From: Candidatus Babeliales bacterium
GTDB taxonomy: Bacteria > Babelota > Babeliae > Babelales > JANWKD01
Direction of reading: 5' to 3'
NCBI GenBank assembly: GCA_963722255.1
Contig: CAVRJO010000001.1
Coordinates: 800,001 to 864,000 of the forward strand
DNA length: 64,000 nucleotides
The notes under the pieces are model-generated. The model did no database searches, had not been told where the DNA came from, and worked only from the letters and a program-made list of their open reading frames with translations. This document shows, piece after piece, positions 1 through 10,517 of this stretch; within the stretch, counting starts at the first letter, position 1; every line of letters starts with the position of its first letter. The position numbers were made by a program, and so were the translations under genes.

Positions 1-2
1 AG

Positions 3-1441
3 CTGCGACCATTTGCAGAACATGAAGAACAGGCAATACCTTATTATGTAAAACTAAGTAATGACGGCAAAACACTCCTCTATGTTGTTAGAAAGCGCCA
101 TATATATAATACTATAACACCTTTATTAACAGCTATTATTTATAAAAAGAATCAATGCACTAATAAATTTGAAGAAAATTTACGCGTCGAAGATGTAATT
201 TGTGCTGGTCTTGATCCTAAAAGCTCATCTTTTGCAGTAATTAGGGAAGACTATGAAAAACTTCTCACCTTAAATCTTCATATGTGTCAAGATTCTGATC
301 AATATGAATTAACGCATTCCGTGAAACTAATTATACCAGCATATTATTATAATCGCCAAGTTGAATTTTTTGATTCACAAAATCAAAAAATTGGATGCAC
401 CAAATACCAACTACCTTCAATTTTTTTCACTGCAAGAAACGAGCTTTACTTTAAAATAGAATCCTTCGAGCCCGTCTTGCTTACTCTAAAAGACTTAACA
501 AAGGAAAGCGATTTAAAGTTAAAATCGAATCCGCGACTTGATAAATATTACCAGGAAATGATTACTGTTAATAATAACGGATCTTGTGTCTACCTAAGAA
601 AAAAAAGACAGAATATAATCAAACCGAAGGATATCATATTGCTTCTAAAAACCTTGATGAAGGAAAAGAAATAATACACATCAAAAAACTTTACAATGCA
701 GCAACAATACCATATTTAGGCCTCTCTGATAATAATATTGTTTTACAACTAATATCCGATAGAATATTTGATGAAGAAACCGACAACTATTTAGGACCTC
801 TTGATACTGAACAAAATCTACTTCCCGATCAATTTGCAAGAAATCCGATAAATGCAGGAGCAATAAGCTCAGATGGCTCTATCGCATTATTATGTCAAGA
901 CGAAGGGAATATTTATCTTTATGATATTGACCACGACATTATATCAAAAATAGTTCATCATTCTAAAAAGAAGAATATAATCAACTATGGAGCTCAATAT
1001 TCACATAAAATTGAAGCTTTCGATCTATCAGCAATTCGTGCTCTTGAAACCAATCAAAACGGAACCGAATTTGTAGCTGCCCGCGCAACCGGCGTCTTAG
1101 AATTTTACACATCTGACTATGCCAAATTAAAAGATGAATTTATTCGAAATGAAGAAAATCTTATTGCTTTAAAAAAAGTCTTTTATCTCCAAAATATGAA
1201 AATATCTCGTCGCCCAATCAATATTTCAAGTTTTTACCATCAATTACCACGATGGATACAATCAACAGTTAAAAAAAAGCTTAATGTCCGTACCGGTTGG
1301 GGCCTTCAAAGTACCATTGATCTCATGCGAAACAATGCTATACCTTTTCGCTACAAACTTGAAGCAGCTTTTCCATACGTAGTTGGCGCTTCAACAATTG
1401 TCGTTGGTGGCTATTTTGCAGCAAAAAAACTTCTTTCTTAA
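3..1441 (+). pseudogene. 5'-truncated beta-propeller (WD40-like) protein with C-terminal membrane anchor, split by a -1 frameshift at an A8 tract (599-606)
   Basis: The frame of ORF 282..674 is open from base 3 and overlaps ORF 584..1441. One extra A gives ...YLRKKKTEYN.... Blade-like motifs VKLSNDGKTLLY, AISSDGSIALL and ETNQNGTEFV; hydrophobic C-terminus VVGASTIVVGGYFAAKKLLS. Confidence 0.55.
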
Positions 1442-1466
1442 GAAAATTATAGGACTTTTACTTATA

Positions 1467-2837
1467 TCAGCATATTTGAGTATACAAAAGTTTAGACTTT
1501 TTGCTTTCAATGCCGTGATCAACCATCGGTAACGGATAACCGTTAATCTTCGTTTTTTGTTTAAACCAGGTATGAATAACCGACTGAGGTACATTTTTGA
1601 GCTCTGGAATCCATCGCTTAATATAAATACACTGATTATCAAATTTTTTTTGCTGTAACCAAGGATTGAAAACTCTAAAATAGGGTTGTGAATCAGATCC
1701 GGTTGAAGCTACCCATTGCCAATTTCCATTATTAACACATGGATCATAATCAACAAGATTTTGTGCAAAATAACGCTCTCCCCATTGCCAATCAATATGT
1801 AAATCTTTTACTAAAAATGAACCAACTATTAAACGCAACCTATTATGCATAAATCCCGTAGCATTAAGTTCTCGCATGCCTGCATCAACAAGAGGAAATC
1901 CAGTACTACCTTGGCACCAACGCTTAAATAATTTTGTATTCTGTGACCATGCAATATTGGCATATTTTGCACGAAAGGGCTGACCAAAAACAAAGGGAGA
2001 AAAGTAGGCTGCAGAATAAAAAAAATCCCGCCAATAGAGCTGCCGCAACAAAGGATGGTTAATGCCTAATACTTTTTTTATTGTATGATAAACTTGCCTA
2101 ATAGAAACAGTCCCAAACTTATTATGTGCTGATAGATGCGTGGTTGCGATCGCAGGAAAATCATGTTCCTGAGTATAGTTTTTAAATGTATGAATATTTT
2201 TTAAAATTTTTTCCGCTTGTACAGTTCCGCCGAGAATAGTACACTGCTCATTTTTTGATTCAATACAGTCGTATACCGTATATTTTTTGTGTCCTGCTAT
2301 GGGTTGCTTATAAAAATTGTCACCCACCAATTTTTCAGACAAAGTCACCGGCAATTGGCGAGATCGTTTATAAAAAGGGGTAAATACACTATATGGTTCA
2401 CCATTGTTAGTTGCAACCTCTTCAGGCTCATGCAACAGTGCATCATTAATTTGATAAAAATCTACCCCATAATGAACTGCTTTTTTATGCAGAGCTTCAT
2501 CACGATGCAAGCTAAAGGGAGTATAATCACGACACACATACACAGCGTTAATTTTTTCTTGAGCAATAAGTTTTTCAACAACTTCATCAGCTTTTCCAAA
2601 AAAAGTATACAAACGAGCACCATGTTTTTTTAGCTGCTGCCTAAGATCTTCTATTGATTCAAACATAAATTGCAACGCATTTTCTGAACGATATTTGTTT
2701 TTTTCTGTAATTTGACGTGGATCAAAAATAAAGCAGGGAACTACTTTTTCAGAACTTCTGAGCGCTTCATTAAGCCCTTTATTATCATGCAAACGAAGGT
2801 CTCGCCTAAATATAAATAAACTTTTTTTATAGCTCAT
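1467..2837 (-). CDS. phrB: Deoxyribodipyrimidine photolyase (CPD photolyase/cryptochrome family)
   Basis: FRRDLRLHDN N-terminus, WRDF, TGFPLVDAGMREL, GFMHNRLR, LVDYD..NNGNWQW, RVFNP motifs. Confidence 0.93.
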   Translation of the reverse strand: MSYKKSLFIFRRDLRLHDNKGLNEALRSSEKVVPCFIFDPRQITEKNKYRSENALQFMFESIEDLRQQLKKHGARLYTFFGKADEVVEKLIAQEKINAVYVCRDYTPFSLHRDEALHKKAVHYGVDFYQINDALLHEPEEVATNNGEPYSVFTPFYKRSRQLPVTLSEKLVGDNFYKQPIAGHKKYTVYDCIESKNEQCTILGGTVQAEKILKNIHTFKNYTQEHDFPAIATTHLSAHNKFGTVSIRQVYHTIKKVLGINHPLLRQLYWRDFFYSAAYFSPFVFGQPFRAKYANIAWSQNTKLFKRWCQGSTGFPLVDAGMRELNATGFMHNRLRLIVGSFLVKDLHIDWQWGERYFAQNLVDYDPCVNNGNWQWVASTGSDSQPYFRVFNPWLQQKKFDNQCIYIKRWIPELKNVPQSVIHTWFKQKTKINGYPLPMVDHGIESKKSKLLYTQIC

Positions 2838-2951
2838 ACTTAACTCTTTTTTACTGAAAGACCCCTATACATATTTTTTTACTAACTTACGTATCTAAGT
2901 ATAAAGAAAGGGGATATTTAAAAAGAACAGTTTTATAAACATTAATCTGTG

Positions 2952-4307
2952 TTAGTTGTTTTTTGATTTTTCATGCTCATTAAATAAGCCAACGAGCTCG
3001 GGAAACCTATCCTTATTCAATTCTGCGAATTGACGAGGAGTTTGATATCCGCCTTCCGTATATATATAATATTCTTTATCTATATCAGCCTCATGGTCTA
3101 ATAAAAATTTAATTAGCTCGATTTCTTTCTCTTCCAGTTCTTCTATTGAGATTCCAGATTGTACCAATTTTTCAGATAACATTAATAATACACAGCCGAA
3201 TAATGAAGTCGAAAGACTACTAACGCCATATACCCCATAATTTGGGCTAATATCTTTACTTACTAACTCCCTAATTATATCGTAATATACAGCTTTATAA
3301 ATGCTCGGAATATAAAAGCCTAGGCAAAAGCATTCTTTTAATTTTTCTTTAATTAGATCAATATCGAGATTTTTATTACGCAATAAAGCCAGTGCAGTAT
3401 AAGGTGATGTAGCAAAAGCTAACACGAATGGAATCTGATTATAGTTTGCATTTAATAAATATGGGTGTTGTTTTTTTTCTTCAGTATAGTTTTGAGTTCG
3501 CATGTTACTATCTGCTCCACTTTGTAGTAAATAATTAGCTAGGCAGGGCAATCCATTGTTAATTGCTATGTGAAATAAGTTGTGGCTGCAAATAAATAAA
3601 TTAGGACTAATACCTAGAGCAATGAGATATCGTAGAGATTCATCAATTGGGCTATTTGTTTCATTGTAATGGTTTTTTTCCAGAACAGGCAGGCCAGGAG
3701 GTGTTCTATATTTTCGTAATTGAATTATTTTCAAAAAAATATTCTTAATGGTGCCGCAAATAGTTTGATCTTTTGTGTTACCAGTTAAGCTCTCGAAGTT
3801 TAATTCTTTAATTACTCCTGGATGCAATGAATTAAATAATTTAGGTATTGTTGCTCTCTTAAAGACATCAGTGAATAAATGGTCATTAAATTTTTTAACT
3901 CTCGCTATCGATGCTAGATCCATTAATGCAGCTTTAAAATCTTTTTTTGTTGTTATCGATTCAGATATTGTTTGCAACAAAATTGACATCCATATTTCGG
4001 ATGGAATGAAAAATTCCCCATCTTCACTTTGAACTAATGAAATATCTTTTCTACCGGTATATGCTTGCTCTTGCGATTCTCTTTCAGATTCTATGTTAGT
4101 GCCCCATGCTTTTGAGTATATTACTAAAGGAGCATAAGCTTCTCTTATTTCAATATTTTTTTTAATTTCATTGAATAGAGAAGGCATCTGCGCTCCATCT
4201 TTATCACAACAGTACATTAAAGATGATGCAAATAGGCTTATACAAGGTATCAAAAAAGCAAAAAAAATTTGTTGTTTAGCAAATAGAGAATTAAAATATT
4301 TTATCAT
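2952..4307 (-). CDS. Secreted ankyrin-repeat protein with F-box-like segment
   Basis: N-terminal hydrophobic signal; IPSEIWMSILL...LASIARVKKF; ankyrin-like LFHIAINNG..LANYLLQSGADSN, LIKFLLDHEADID, QTPRQFA. Confidence 0.65.
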   Translation of the reverse strand: MIKYFNSLFAKQQIFFAFLIPCISLFASSLMYCCDKDGAQMPSLFNEIKKNIEIREAYAPLVIYSKAWGTNIESERESQEQAYTGRKDISLVQSEDGEFFIPSEIWMSILLQTISESITTKKDFKAALMDLASIARVKKFNDHLFTDVFKRATIPKLFNSLHPGVIKELNFESLTGNTKDQTICGTIKNIFLKIIQLRKYRTPPGLPVLEKNHYNETNSPIDESLRYLIALGISPNLFICSHNLFHIAINNGLPCLANYLLQSGADSNMRTQNYTEEKKQHPYLLNANYNQIPFVLAFATSPYTALALLRNKNLDIDLIKEKLKECFCLGFYIPSIYKAVYYDIIRELVSKDISPNYGVYGVSSLSTSLFGCVLLMLSEKLVQSGISIEELEEKEIELIKFLLDHEADIDKEYYIYTEGGYQTPRQFAELNKDRFPELVGLFNEHEKSKNN

Positions 4308-4442
4308 AATTATAATTTATTCTTTTCATATATGTTAAATAGGATTAATTTATAATACCTTGTATAAACGATTCACGCTAGTAAAAATCAGTTAATCCAA
4401 CCAAATCAGTAGGCCTTAAAAAAGATTTTAAAATCTTTTTAC

Positions 4443-5999
4443 TTAACTGTTTTTTGATTTTTCGTGCTCATTAAATAAATTAATAAGTCCAGGAAGATTA
4501 GTTCTATTTGATTCTGCAAATTGACGAGGAGTTTGCTCATCACGCACAAAATTTTTAAAAGATTTATTAAGATTTGCCCCTTTTATAAGTAAAAATTTAA
4601 TTAACTCTGGCTTTACCGCTGTTAATCCTTTACGAGCCGCTTCTTCCAAAACGTATCCAAACAACGTACCACTATCATTGATATCAGCATTGGGATCAAT
4701 ACCCTTCTTTACCAATTTTTTTATTACCTTACAAAACTTACTACGCTTATCATAATAATCACGTGAACTATGATACATGTCACGCCCGTCAAAACATCTT
4801 CTCAGGTTCTCTTTAATCAAATTTATATCAGCACCTTTTTGTAACAAAATAATTGCTGAGCGTGCTGAAAATTTACAAGCAAAAACAAAAGGAATGGAAT
4901 CTTCGTATAATTTTCGCTGATTAACTTCTTCGATAGGCTTTGCAAGGTTTCTACTTTTCATATTACAATCAGCCCCTTTTTCTAATAATTCTATTATAGC
5001 TTCACGGGCATCATTTATAATTGCGGCATGCAATAAATTATTATGGTTAACAAAAAAGTTTGGTGAAATACTAAAACCCAAAAGCCTCGTTATGGATTTA
5101 TTTAACCTCACATCTGTGTCCACACAACGATCACTTATTGAGAAAAAGCGGCACTCATTAATATCATGTAATACTTCTTTAAATGCCAGCATAAACTTTG
5201 ATGGATATGTTAACTCAATGCTACAAGATGACGACATCTTCTTATAAATTAACGGCCTATATTTCCAAACTTTATTTTTCACATGAAAATGAGGATTGTT
5301 CATAAAAATAGAATCAATTACTTCTGGAGTAACACAAAGAAGAAATCTTTCAACTATTCTTTGTGTTAACCATTCACCGCTAAGATAAGCATTGAATCGT
5401 TTGTTTACTCTTGTTAAATTAGCAAAAGAGTTCAGTATTACTTTAAATTCATTTAATGAAATATTTGTTTCCGGGACTATTTGCAAAAAAATCAACTCCC
5501 ACATTTCTTTATCCAAATATTCAATATGAACTAATGACGAATTTTTACCATTGGACACTTGCCCTTGCGATTCTCTTTCAGATTCTTTGTTAACAACCCA
5601 CGGTTTTGAATGCATTACTAAAGGGGTAGACACCATTCTTATTTTAATATTTTCTCGAATTTCTCTAAATATGCTCTTAGATGAATTAAAAGCTGTACTC
5701 TTAGTAGAATGAACAAGGCTTTCATTATCATGATAAAACTTTGAAAAAAACCCTAGTAAATTTGAAGGTACAATCTTTTTTGTGTTTATATAAGGATTCG
5801 CCCAAGGCTTAGGGACCTCTGCTGCGACCAGAAACGCTTTTCTTATTTCAATATTTTTTTTAATTTCATTGAATAGAGAAAGTTCCTGCGCACCTCTATT
5901 ACAACAGTAATTTAAAGATGATGTAAATAGGCTTATACAAGCTATCAAAAAAACAAAAAAAATCTGCTTTTTAAAAAATAGAGAATGAAAAGGCATCAT
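4443..5999 (-). CDS. Secreted ankyrin-repeat protein with F-box-like segment (paralogue of 2952..4307); start probably at MMPFHSLF
   Basis: LLHAAIIND..AIIELLEKGADCN, LIKFLLIKGANLN; N- and C-termini near-identical to the neighbouring gene; start chosen by alignment to the paralogue (ORF track starts at 6071). Confidence 0.65.
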   Translation of the reverse strand: MMPFHSLFFKKQIFFVFLIACISLFTSSLNYCCNRGAQELSLFNEIKKNIEIRKAFLVAAEVPKPWANPYINTKKIVPSNLLGFFSKFYHDNESLVHSTKSTAFNSSKSIFREIRENIKIRMVSTPLVMHSKPWVVNKESERESQGQVSNGKNSSLVHIEYLDKEMWELIFLQIVPETNISLNEFKVILNSFANLTRVNKRFNAYLSGEWLTQRIVERFLLCVTPEVIDSIFMNNPHFHVKNKVWKYRPLIYKKMSSSCSIELTYPSKFMLAFKEVLHDINECRFFSISDRCVDTDVRLNKSITRLLGFSISPNFFVNHNNLLHAAIINDAREAIIELLEKGADCNMKSRNLAKPIEEVNQRKLYEDSIPFVFACKFSARSAIILLQKGADINLIKENLRRCFDGRDMYHSSRDYYDKRSKFCKVIKKLVKKGIDPNADINDSGTLFGYVLEEAARKGLTAVKPELIKFLLIKGANLNKSFKNFVRDEQTPRQFAESNRTNLPGLINLFNEHEKSKNS

Positions 6000-6104
6000 T
6001 ATCGTAAAAATTTTCAGATATGCTATTATTATTATTTTAAAATACATTTCATATACAATGATAATATACAATCAGTAAAAATGCAATTGACTAATAATCC
6101 CTAT

Positions 6105-6142
6105 AAAAAAAGGCCTTTCCATTTGAGTTTAGAAAGGCCTTT
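6105..6142 (-). terminator. Intrinsic terminator downstream of 6184..6714
   Basis: AAAGGCCTTTC...GAAAGGCCTTT stem next to an A7 run (U-tract on the minus strand). Confidence 0.7.
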
Positions 6143-6183
6143 AATCATGTAAAATCAAATAAAAAATTATACGTTACTCAAAA

Positions 6184-6714
6184 TTAGCCTATTTGAAGTA
6201 TAACAATCGATGCATTAACGCTTAAAGGCTTTCCAAGCTTTCCAGCCGCTTTAAGATATGCAGGACCTTGGCCATTAGCAGGGCTATAATTTCTAAGCGT
6301 AATGACATCTCCCGCTTTAGCATTAATTATTAATTGGCCATACTCTTTTCCTAGCTTATCAGCAACATCCGGTATCGATTCGTATGATCCCCCAGGAACT
6401 GCTACATTATTTACAAAAAGCACAAATGATGAAGCAAAAAGACCTTGCGTTAAAAAATTAATCAAGTAAACACCATCATTATTTATTACAATATCACTCG
6501 TGCCCGTTGTATGCGTAATAGATAAAGACATAGGACCATTAGAATCAAAAAGAATGGCATTACCAGGATTTATAGTTTGATCATTTAAATTATAGATATA
6601 AGCATAGCTGAATGACGCGAGCAGACCCTCACGGGATCCTATTTTACGCTGCTGAGCAGCCTGAATACCAATACTAATACAAAACAAAACGGCTAAACTA
6701 GATCTTTTTAACAT
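6184..6714 (-). CDS. Secreted BclA C-terminal/C1q-TNF-like jelly-roll protein
   Basis: Signal peptide (IQA|AQQ); AYIYNL..QTI.PG.AILFDSNG..ITHT.GTS.I.I...GVY.I.F...SVNASIVI pattern resembling BclA_C domains; no collagen repeat. Confidence 0.6.
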   Translation of the reverse strand: MLKRSSLAVLFCISIGIQAAQQRKIGSREGLLASFSYAYIYNLNDQTINPGNAILFDSNGPMSLSITHTTGTSDIVINNDGVYLINFLTQGLFASSFVLFVNNVAVPGGSYESIPDVADKLGKEYGQLIINAKAGDVITLRNYSPANGQGPAYLKAAGKLGKPLSVNASIVILQIG

Positions 6715-6990
6715 ACTAACCCCTTTACAGAAAAAAACATTTAAATATATTATATTTGAATTTAACAAAAATAGTTTATACTTTTCAATAGTTTTACAAA
6801 AAGTACAAAAAGGTTCACTCTGTAATTACGAACAAATTTTCTAATATCAGTCCTTCCACAAACATCCTCTACGCAGGTTGTCTTTAGGCGATAAAAATCA
6901 ACTAAGCATTCAACACTCTTGTTTTTTTTGTTCCAAAAAGTCTATAATGAGTGAAAGAAAAAAAAATAACAGATGAAGAAAGGGTCTACA

Positions 6991-7473
6991 ATGAAAAGAA
7001 TAGTAACCGTTGTAGGAATCTTTATGAGTTTTATAGCAGCTTCTCATGCTATGGAAGAAGGAACAGGAAACTCTTTAACCGCATCTACCGATTGGGAAAT
7101 AGTTGGACAAAAAAATCAACCGTTACCGGAAATCTTTGAGCAAATCCCTCCAACCATTATTGTCAGTCATGGTCTTACAACTGATACAGCACCACAAAAT
7201 GAAGGTGAGAATGGACCCCAGAAAGAAGAAAAAGCCGATCATCAACAATTAATTCAAGAACCACAAATAGCTGATATTCATAGTGAACTATCTGTACCCA
7301 AATCTCACTATCGCATTCCTCCTTTAAAAGACCTTTATCAAAGCATCTTAGCAACTATCACCGGTAATCCATGGTATCAGAATAGGACAGCTCGCTATTC
7401 ATTGCTTGCCGGAACTGGAACCATTACCATTACCATTGGTGCTTTGGGATATTTTTATCTTTATAAGAAGTAA
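6991..7473 (+). CDS. Secreted hypothetical protein with C-terminal tail anchor
   Basis: Signal MKRIV...SHA|MEE; disordered acidic middle; C-terminal hydrophobic helix followed by KK-stop. Confidence 0.7.
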   Translation: MKRIVTVVGIFMSFIAASHAMEEGTGNSLTASTDWEIVGQKNQPLPEIFEQIPPTIIVSHGLTTDTAPQNEGENGPQKEEKADHQQLIQEPQIADIHSELSVPKSHYRIPPLKDLYQSILATITGNPWYQNRTARYSLLAGTGTITITIGALGYFYLYKK

Positions 7474-7595
7474 CACAATACAATTAATTTAAATAGAATA
7501 TAAATATAGGCGCTTGAACTTATTTTTATGTATGATATACTTAATTTTACTAGCATAGTATCTAATTTATAAACTAGTAATTAAATGGGGTTATC

Positions 7596-8312
7596 GTGGT
7601 TATTAAAAATATTCAAAAAGCTTTGCTTATCTCTTCTTTTTTTATAGGCATTAATGCATTTTCTTCATCACAAGCATTAGATCTAAATTCATTTAAAAAC
7701 CAGCCTACTTATACAGCAACTCAAATAACTGCTTGTTCTATTGGCATCTTCCTTGCATGCGAATTCATGCTATTTTCCTATAACAAAATTTCCGAATATA
7801 TTGAAAACAAAATCGTCAATGCCATTGCAGATTCAATTATTTTAGCTGTTACACCACCTTCGCATCTTTCAACAAGATTAACAGAAGTTGATTACGCAAA
7901 AGCTTTACAAAAAAAAGCACGTTTGATTGTACTACGCAATAAGGTGCTTAAGGATCTAGTAATAGCCCTTAAAGATACTCATAATTTTTCTGTTGACCAC
8001 AAAAATGCTCTGCAAGGACAACTAAGAGCAGCGATAACATTCTTTTCAAGCATTGACCGTATACGCCAACAAAATCCCTATGAAAAAGAGTATAGTTTAT
8101 CGTTCTTAGATAGATATATAGCTAATCAAATTGTTTCTTCTTGCATTCTTTTGGCAAAACCAGATGCTGAATGTACCTCTAAAGAGCTTCAAGAAAAAAA
8201 GTCAAAAGTTACTCGAAGGAATAAAGTCATCGAAGAATTAAAGCTTAGAGCTTGTGAACATATTTTTTTTAGCACAATTAACATGATAGATCTATTTATA
8301 GCGCCATTATAA
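7596..8312 (+). CDS. Hypothetical membrane/secreted protein
   Basis: 238-aa ORF, GGGG RBS before GTG, signal-like N-terminus and a second hydrophobic segment. Confidence 0.65.
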   Translation: MVIKNIQKALLISSFFIGINAFSSSQALDLNSFKNQPTYTATQITACSIGIFLACEFMLFSYNKISEYIENKIVNAIADSIILAVTPPSHLSTRLTEVDYAKALQKKARLIVLRNKVLKDLVIALKDTHNFSVDHKNALQGQLRAAITFFSSIDRIRQQNPYEKEYSLSFLDRYIANQIVSSCILLAKPDAECTSKELQEKKSKVTRRNKVIEELKLRACEHIFFSTINMIDLFIAPL

Positions 8313-10517
8313 TGTCTCAACCAAATTCTTTGTCGGCCGCAATTCTTTACTTTGTGCATGTTCTTCAAAACCAAGCTTAATAATAAGATCAATAAAATCC
8401 ATTGGCTTAATACCAACTTCAGCAGCCTGATGAAAAATGCAGGTAGCAGGGGTCATGCCGGGCAGCGTATTAATTTCTAAGGTAACAACTCGTTGACGAC
8501 CGGTAGGGCTTTGCTGTTCATTTTGGTAAAAACAGTCAATGCGTGCATAACCTTTTGCTCCAACTGCTTTATAAATCTTTTCCATTGTTGTTTGTACAAA
8601 TCGCAAAGCTTCTGAGGGAAGATTGGCAGGGGTTTGGTTTTCACCGGCTCCGGGTAAAAACTTTTCCTCAATTGATAAAATATCGTGCTGGGCAATGGCT
8701 TGACTTGGTGGTAATGCACGGACTTCATGGTTACCAATAACACCAACAGTTAACTCAGTTCCTTTAATAAGTTCTTCAACTAAAAGATGCGATTTTTTTG
8801 TTGTTGCAAAAGTTGTCGTAACAAACTCAGCAAGCTCTTCAAGAGATTCTGCTTTAGCAACCAAAACACTACACCCATCATCATGAGGTTTTATAATACA
8901 GGGGAATATAATCTTTGCTGCAATCTGATCGAGAATTTCTTGTTTGGCAACAAACCAATCTTGTGCAGAAATAAATACCGAATCGGGAACATCAAAGCCT
9001 TCTGAGCGCAAAAAAGCATTTGTTTCATATTTATTCATACATAATGCGCTCGCGAGCACCCCTGAACCATTATAGGCAATCCCAAGCATTTCTAGTGTAC
9101 CCTGAATGCAGCCATTTTCTCCTTCTCCACCATGTAAACCGATAAATGCAAAATCGATAAGCTGTGGTAAGTCATTCCATGGCACCAACGTTGCTTGACT
9201 CAAATCATTTTCAATCTCTTTAGTTGAATTGCGCACTAAAATCTTTTCATCAATCTGATAAAGTTCTAATGAACTTGTTACAAAAAGCGCAATGGGTTCA
9301 TACGATTCGGGTGATAATTTATACAGAATATTACGACCCGATTCTAACGAAATCTCCTTTTCATTGGAACGTCCGCCAAGCAGAACACCGATTCGTTTTT
9401 TTTGCACATTACTTTGCATAGTTTTACCTTGTTGTAAAGGAAGCATAAAATCTGAATGTGTATGTCGTAACTCATTTTCTATCAAATAATTAATAACCTG
9501 CGTATGATTCATATTTATTTCAGCAGCTTGACGAAATAAAAAACTTGAAGGACTCATACCTGAAAGACTATTGGGATCAATAATAACAACATCGCCAGTG
9601 GGCGTTAAAAAACCGTCAATACGCGCCATGGTTAAATGCAATGCACGCATAACTTCTAAACAGGTCTGTTGTATTTTTGTAATTGATTCATTGCTACACC
9701 GCGCCGGTGTAAATTTTGTTGCTCTTCCCGGCATATATTTTTGATCATAATCGAATATATCTGATTCAGGAATAACTTCTGTTGGCGGTAAAACTAGATA
9801 ATCATTATGCTCTAAATTGCCAAGTATAATACACGCAAACTCCATGCCTTCTATTTTTTGCTCGATTACGACATCTTGCATACGTCGCTCATCAATGATT
9901 GCCGCTTTATGAACTGCAGATAGGAGTTCATCCAATGTTTGTACAAGTGATACGCCAAGACTTGAGCCTTCAAGCGCCGGTTTTACAACAAGAGGAAAAT
10001 GAAGTGAATATTCATCAAGTCGCTTTTTAAGAAATTCCCTTGAAAGTTTAGTAGATTCTGATGAAGCAATGGTCAAACCAGAAGCAACTTGAATACCACG
10101 ATGCTCTAAAAACTTTTTTTGCATCACTTTATTCATCGAAAGAGAGCTACCAAAAACCTTTGAGCCCAAATAGGGAATTTGCAATACCTCTAAAAATCCC
10201 TGCAATGTGCCATCTTCAGCGTAAGCACCATGCAATGCAATATAAACAAAATCAACGATTTTTTTTAAATCATCCCATCGTAATTTCTGCGCTTCTGTTG
10301 CTAAGCGATGCTCAAAATCAGTAATTTTACCGCGATATAAAAATCTCCATGGTAGCTCATATAAAATTCCATTGTGCGTTTGAAAGATGGGAATAATCTC
10401 ATAACGCGATGTATCAAGATGATCACAAATTGTTCTGCCGGAATTAAATGAAACTTCTCGCTCTATAGATTTACCACCCATTAAAACGCCAACACGAATT
10501 TTTTGCATAGATACCAC
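8307..10517 (-). CDS. ddl: D-alanine--D-alanine ligase with two tandem ATP-grasp Ddl domains
   Basis: Two copies of GGxSxE(R/K)E(V/I)SxxSG, LHG...EDG/ENG..QG.LE, MNK, VKP/IKP, ARID; the second copy has LEINTLPG. Confidence 0.9.
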   Translation of the reverse strand: MVSMQKIRVGVLMGGKSIEREVSFNSGRTICDHLDTSRYEIIPIFQTHNGILYELPWRFLYRGKITDFEHRLATEAQKLRWDDLKKIVDFVYIALHGAYAEDGTLQGFLEVLQIPYLGSKVFGSSLSMNKVMQKKFLEHRGIQVASGLTIASSESTKLSREFLKKRLDEYSLHFPLVVKPALEGSSLGVSLVQTLDELLSAVHKAAIIDERRMQDVVIEQKIEGMEFACIILGNLEHNDYLVLPPTEVIPESDIFDYDQKYMPGRATKFTPARCSNESITKIQQTCLEVMRALHLTMARIDGFLTPTGDVVIIDPNSLSGMSPSSFLFRQAAEINMNHTQVINYLIENELRHTHSDFMLPLQQGKTMQSNVQKKRIGVLLGGRSNEKEISLESGRNILYKLSPESYEPIALFVTSSLELYQIDEKILVRNSTKEIENDLSQATLVPWNDLPQLIDFAFIGLHGGEGENGCIQGTLEMLGIAYNGSGVLASALCMNKYETNAFLRSEGFDVPDSVFISAQDWFVAKQEILDQIAAKIIFPCIIKPHDDGCSVLVAKAESLEELAEFVTTTFATTKKSHLLVEELIKGTELTVGVIGNHEVRALPPSQAIAQHDILSIEEKFLPGAGENQTPANLPSEALRFVQTTMEKIYKAVGAKGYARIDCFYQNEQQSPTGRQRVVTLEINTLPGMTPATCIFHQAAEVGIKPMDFIDLIIKLGFEEHAQSKELRPTKNLVETL

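Noticed and set aside
4419..4440. Perfect palindrome AAAAAGATTTTAAAATCTTTTT
   Set aside because: Almost entirely A/T, so it is plausible by chance or as a weak terminator; no further support.
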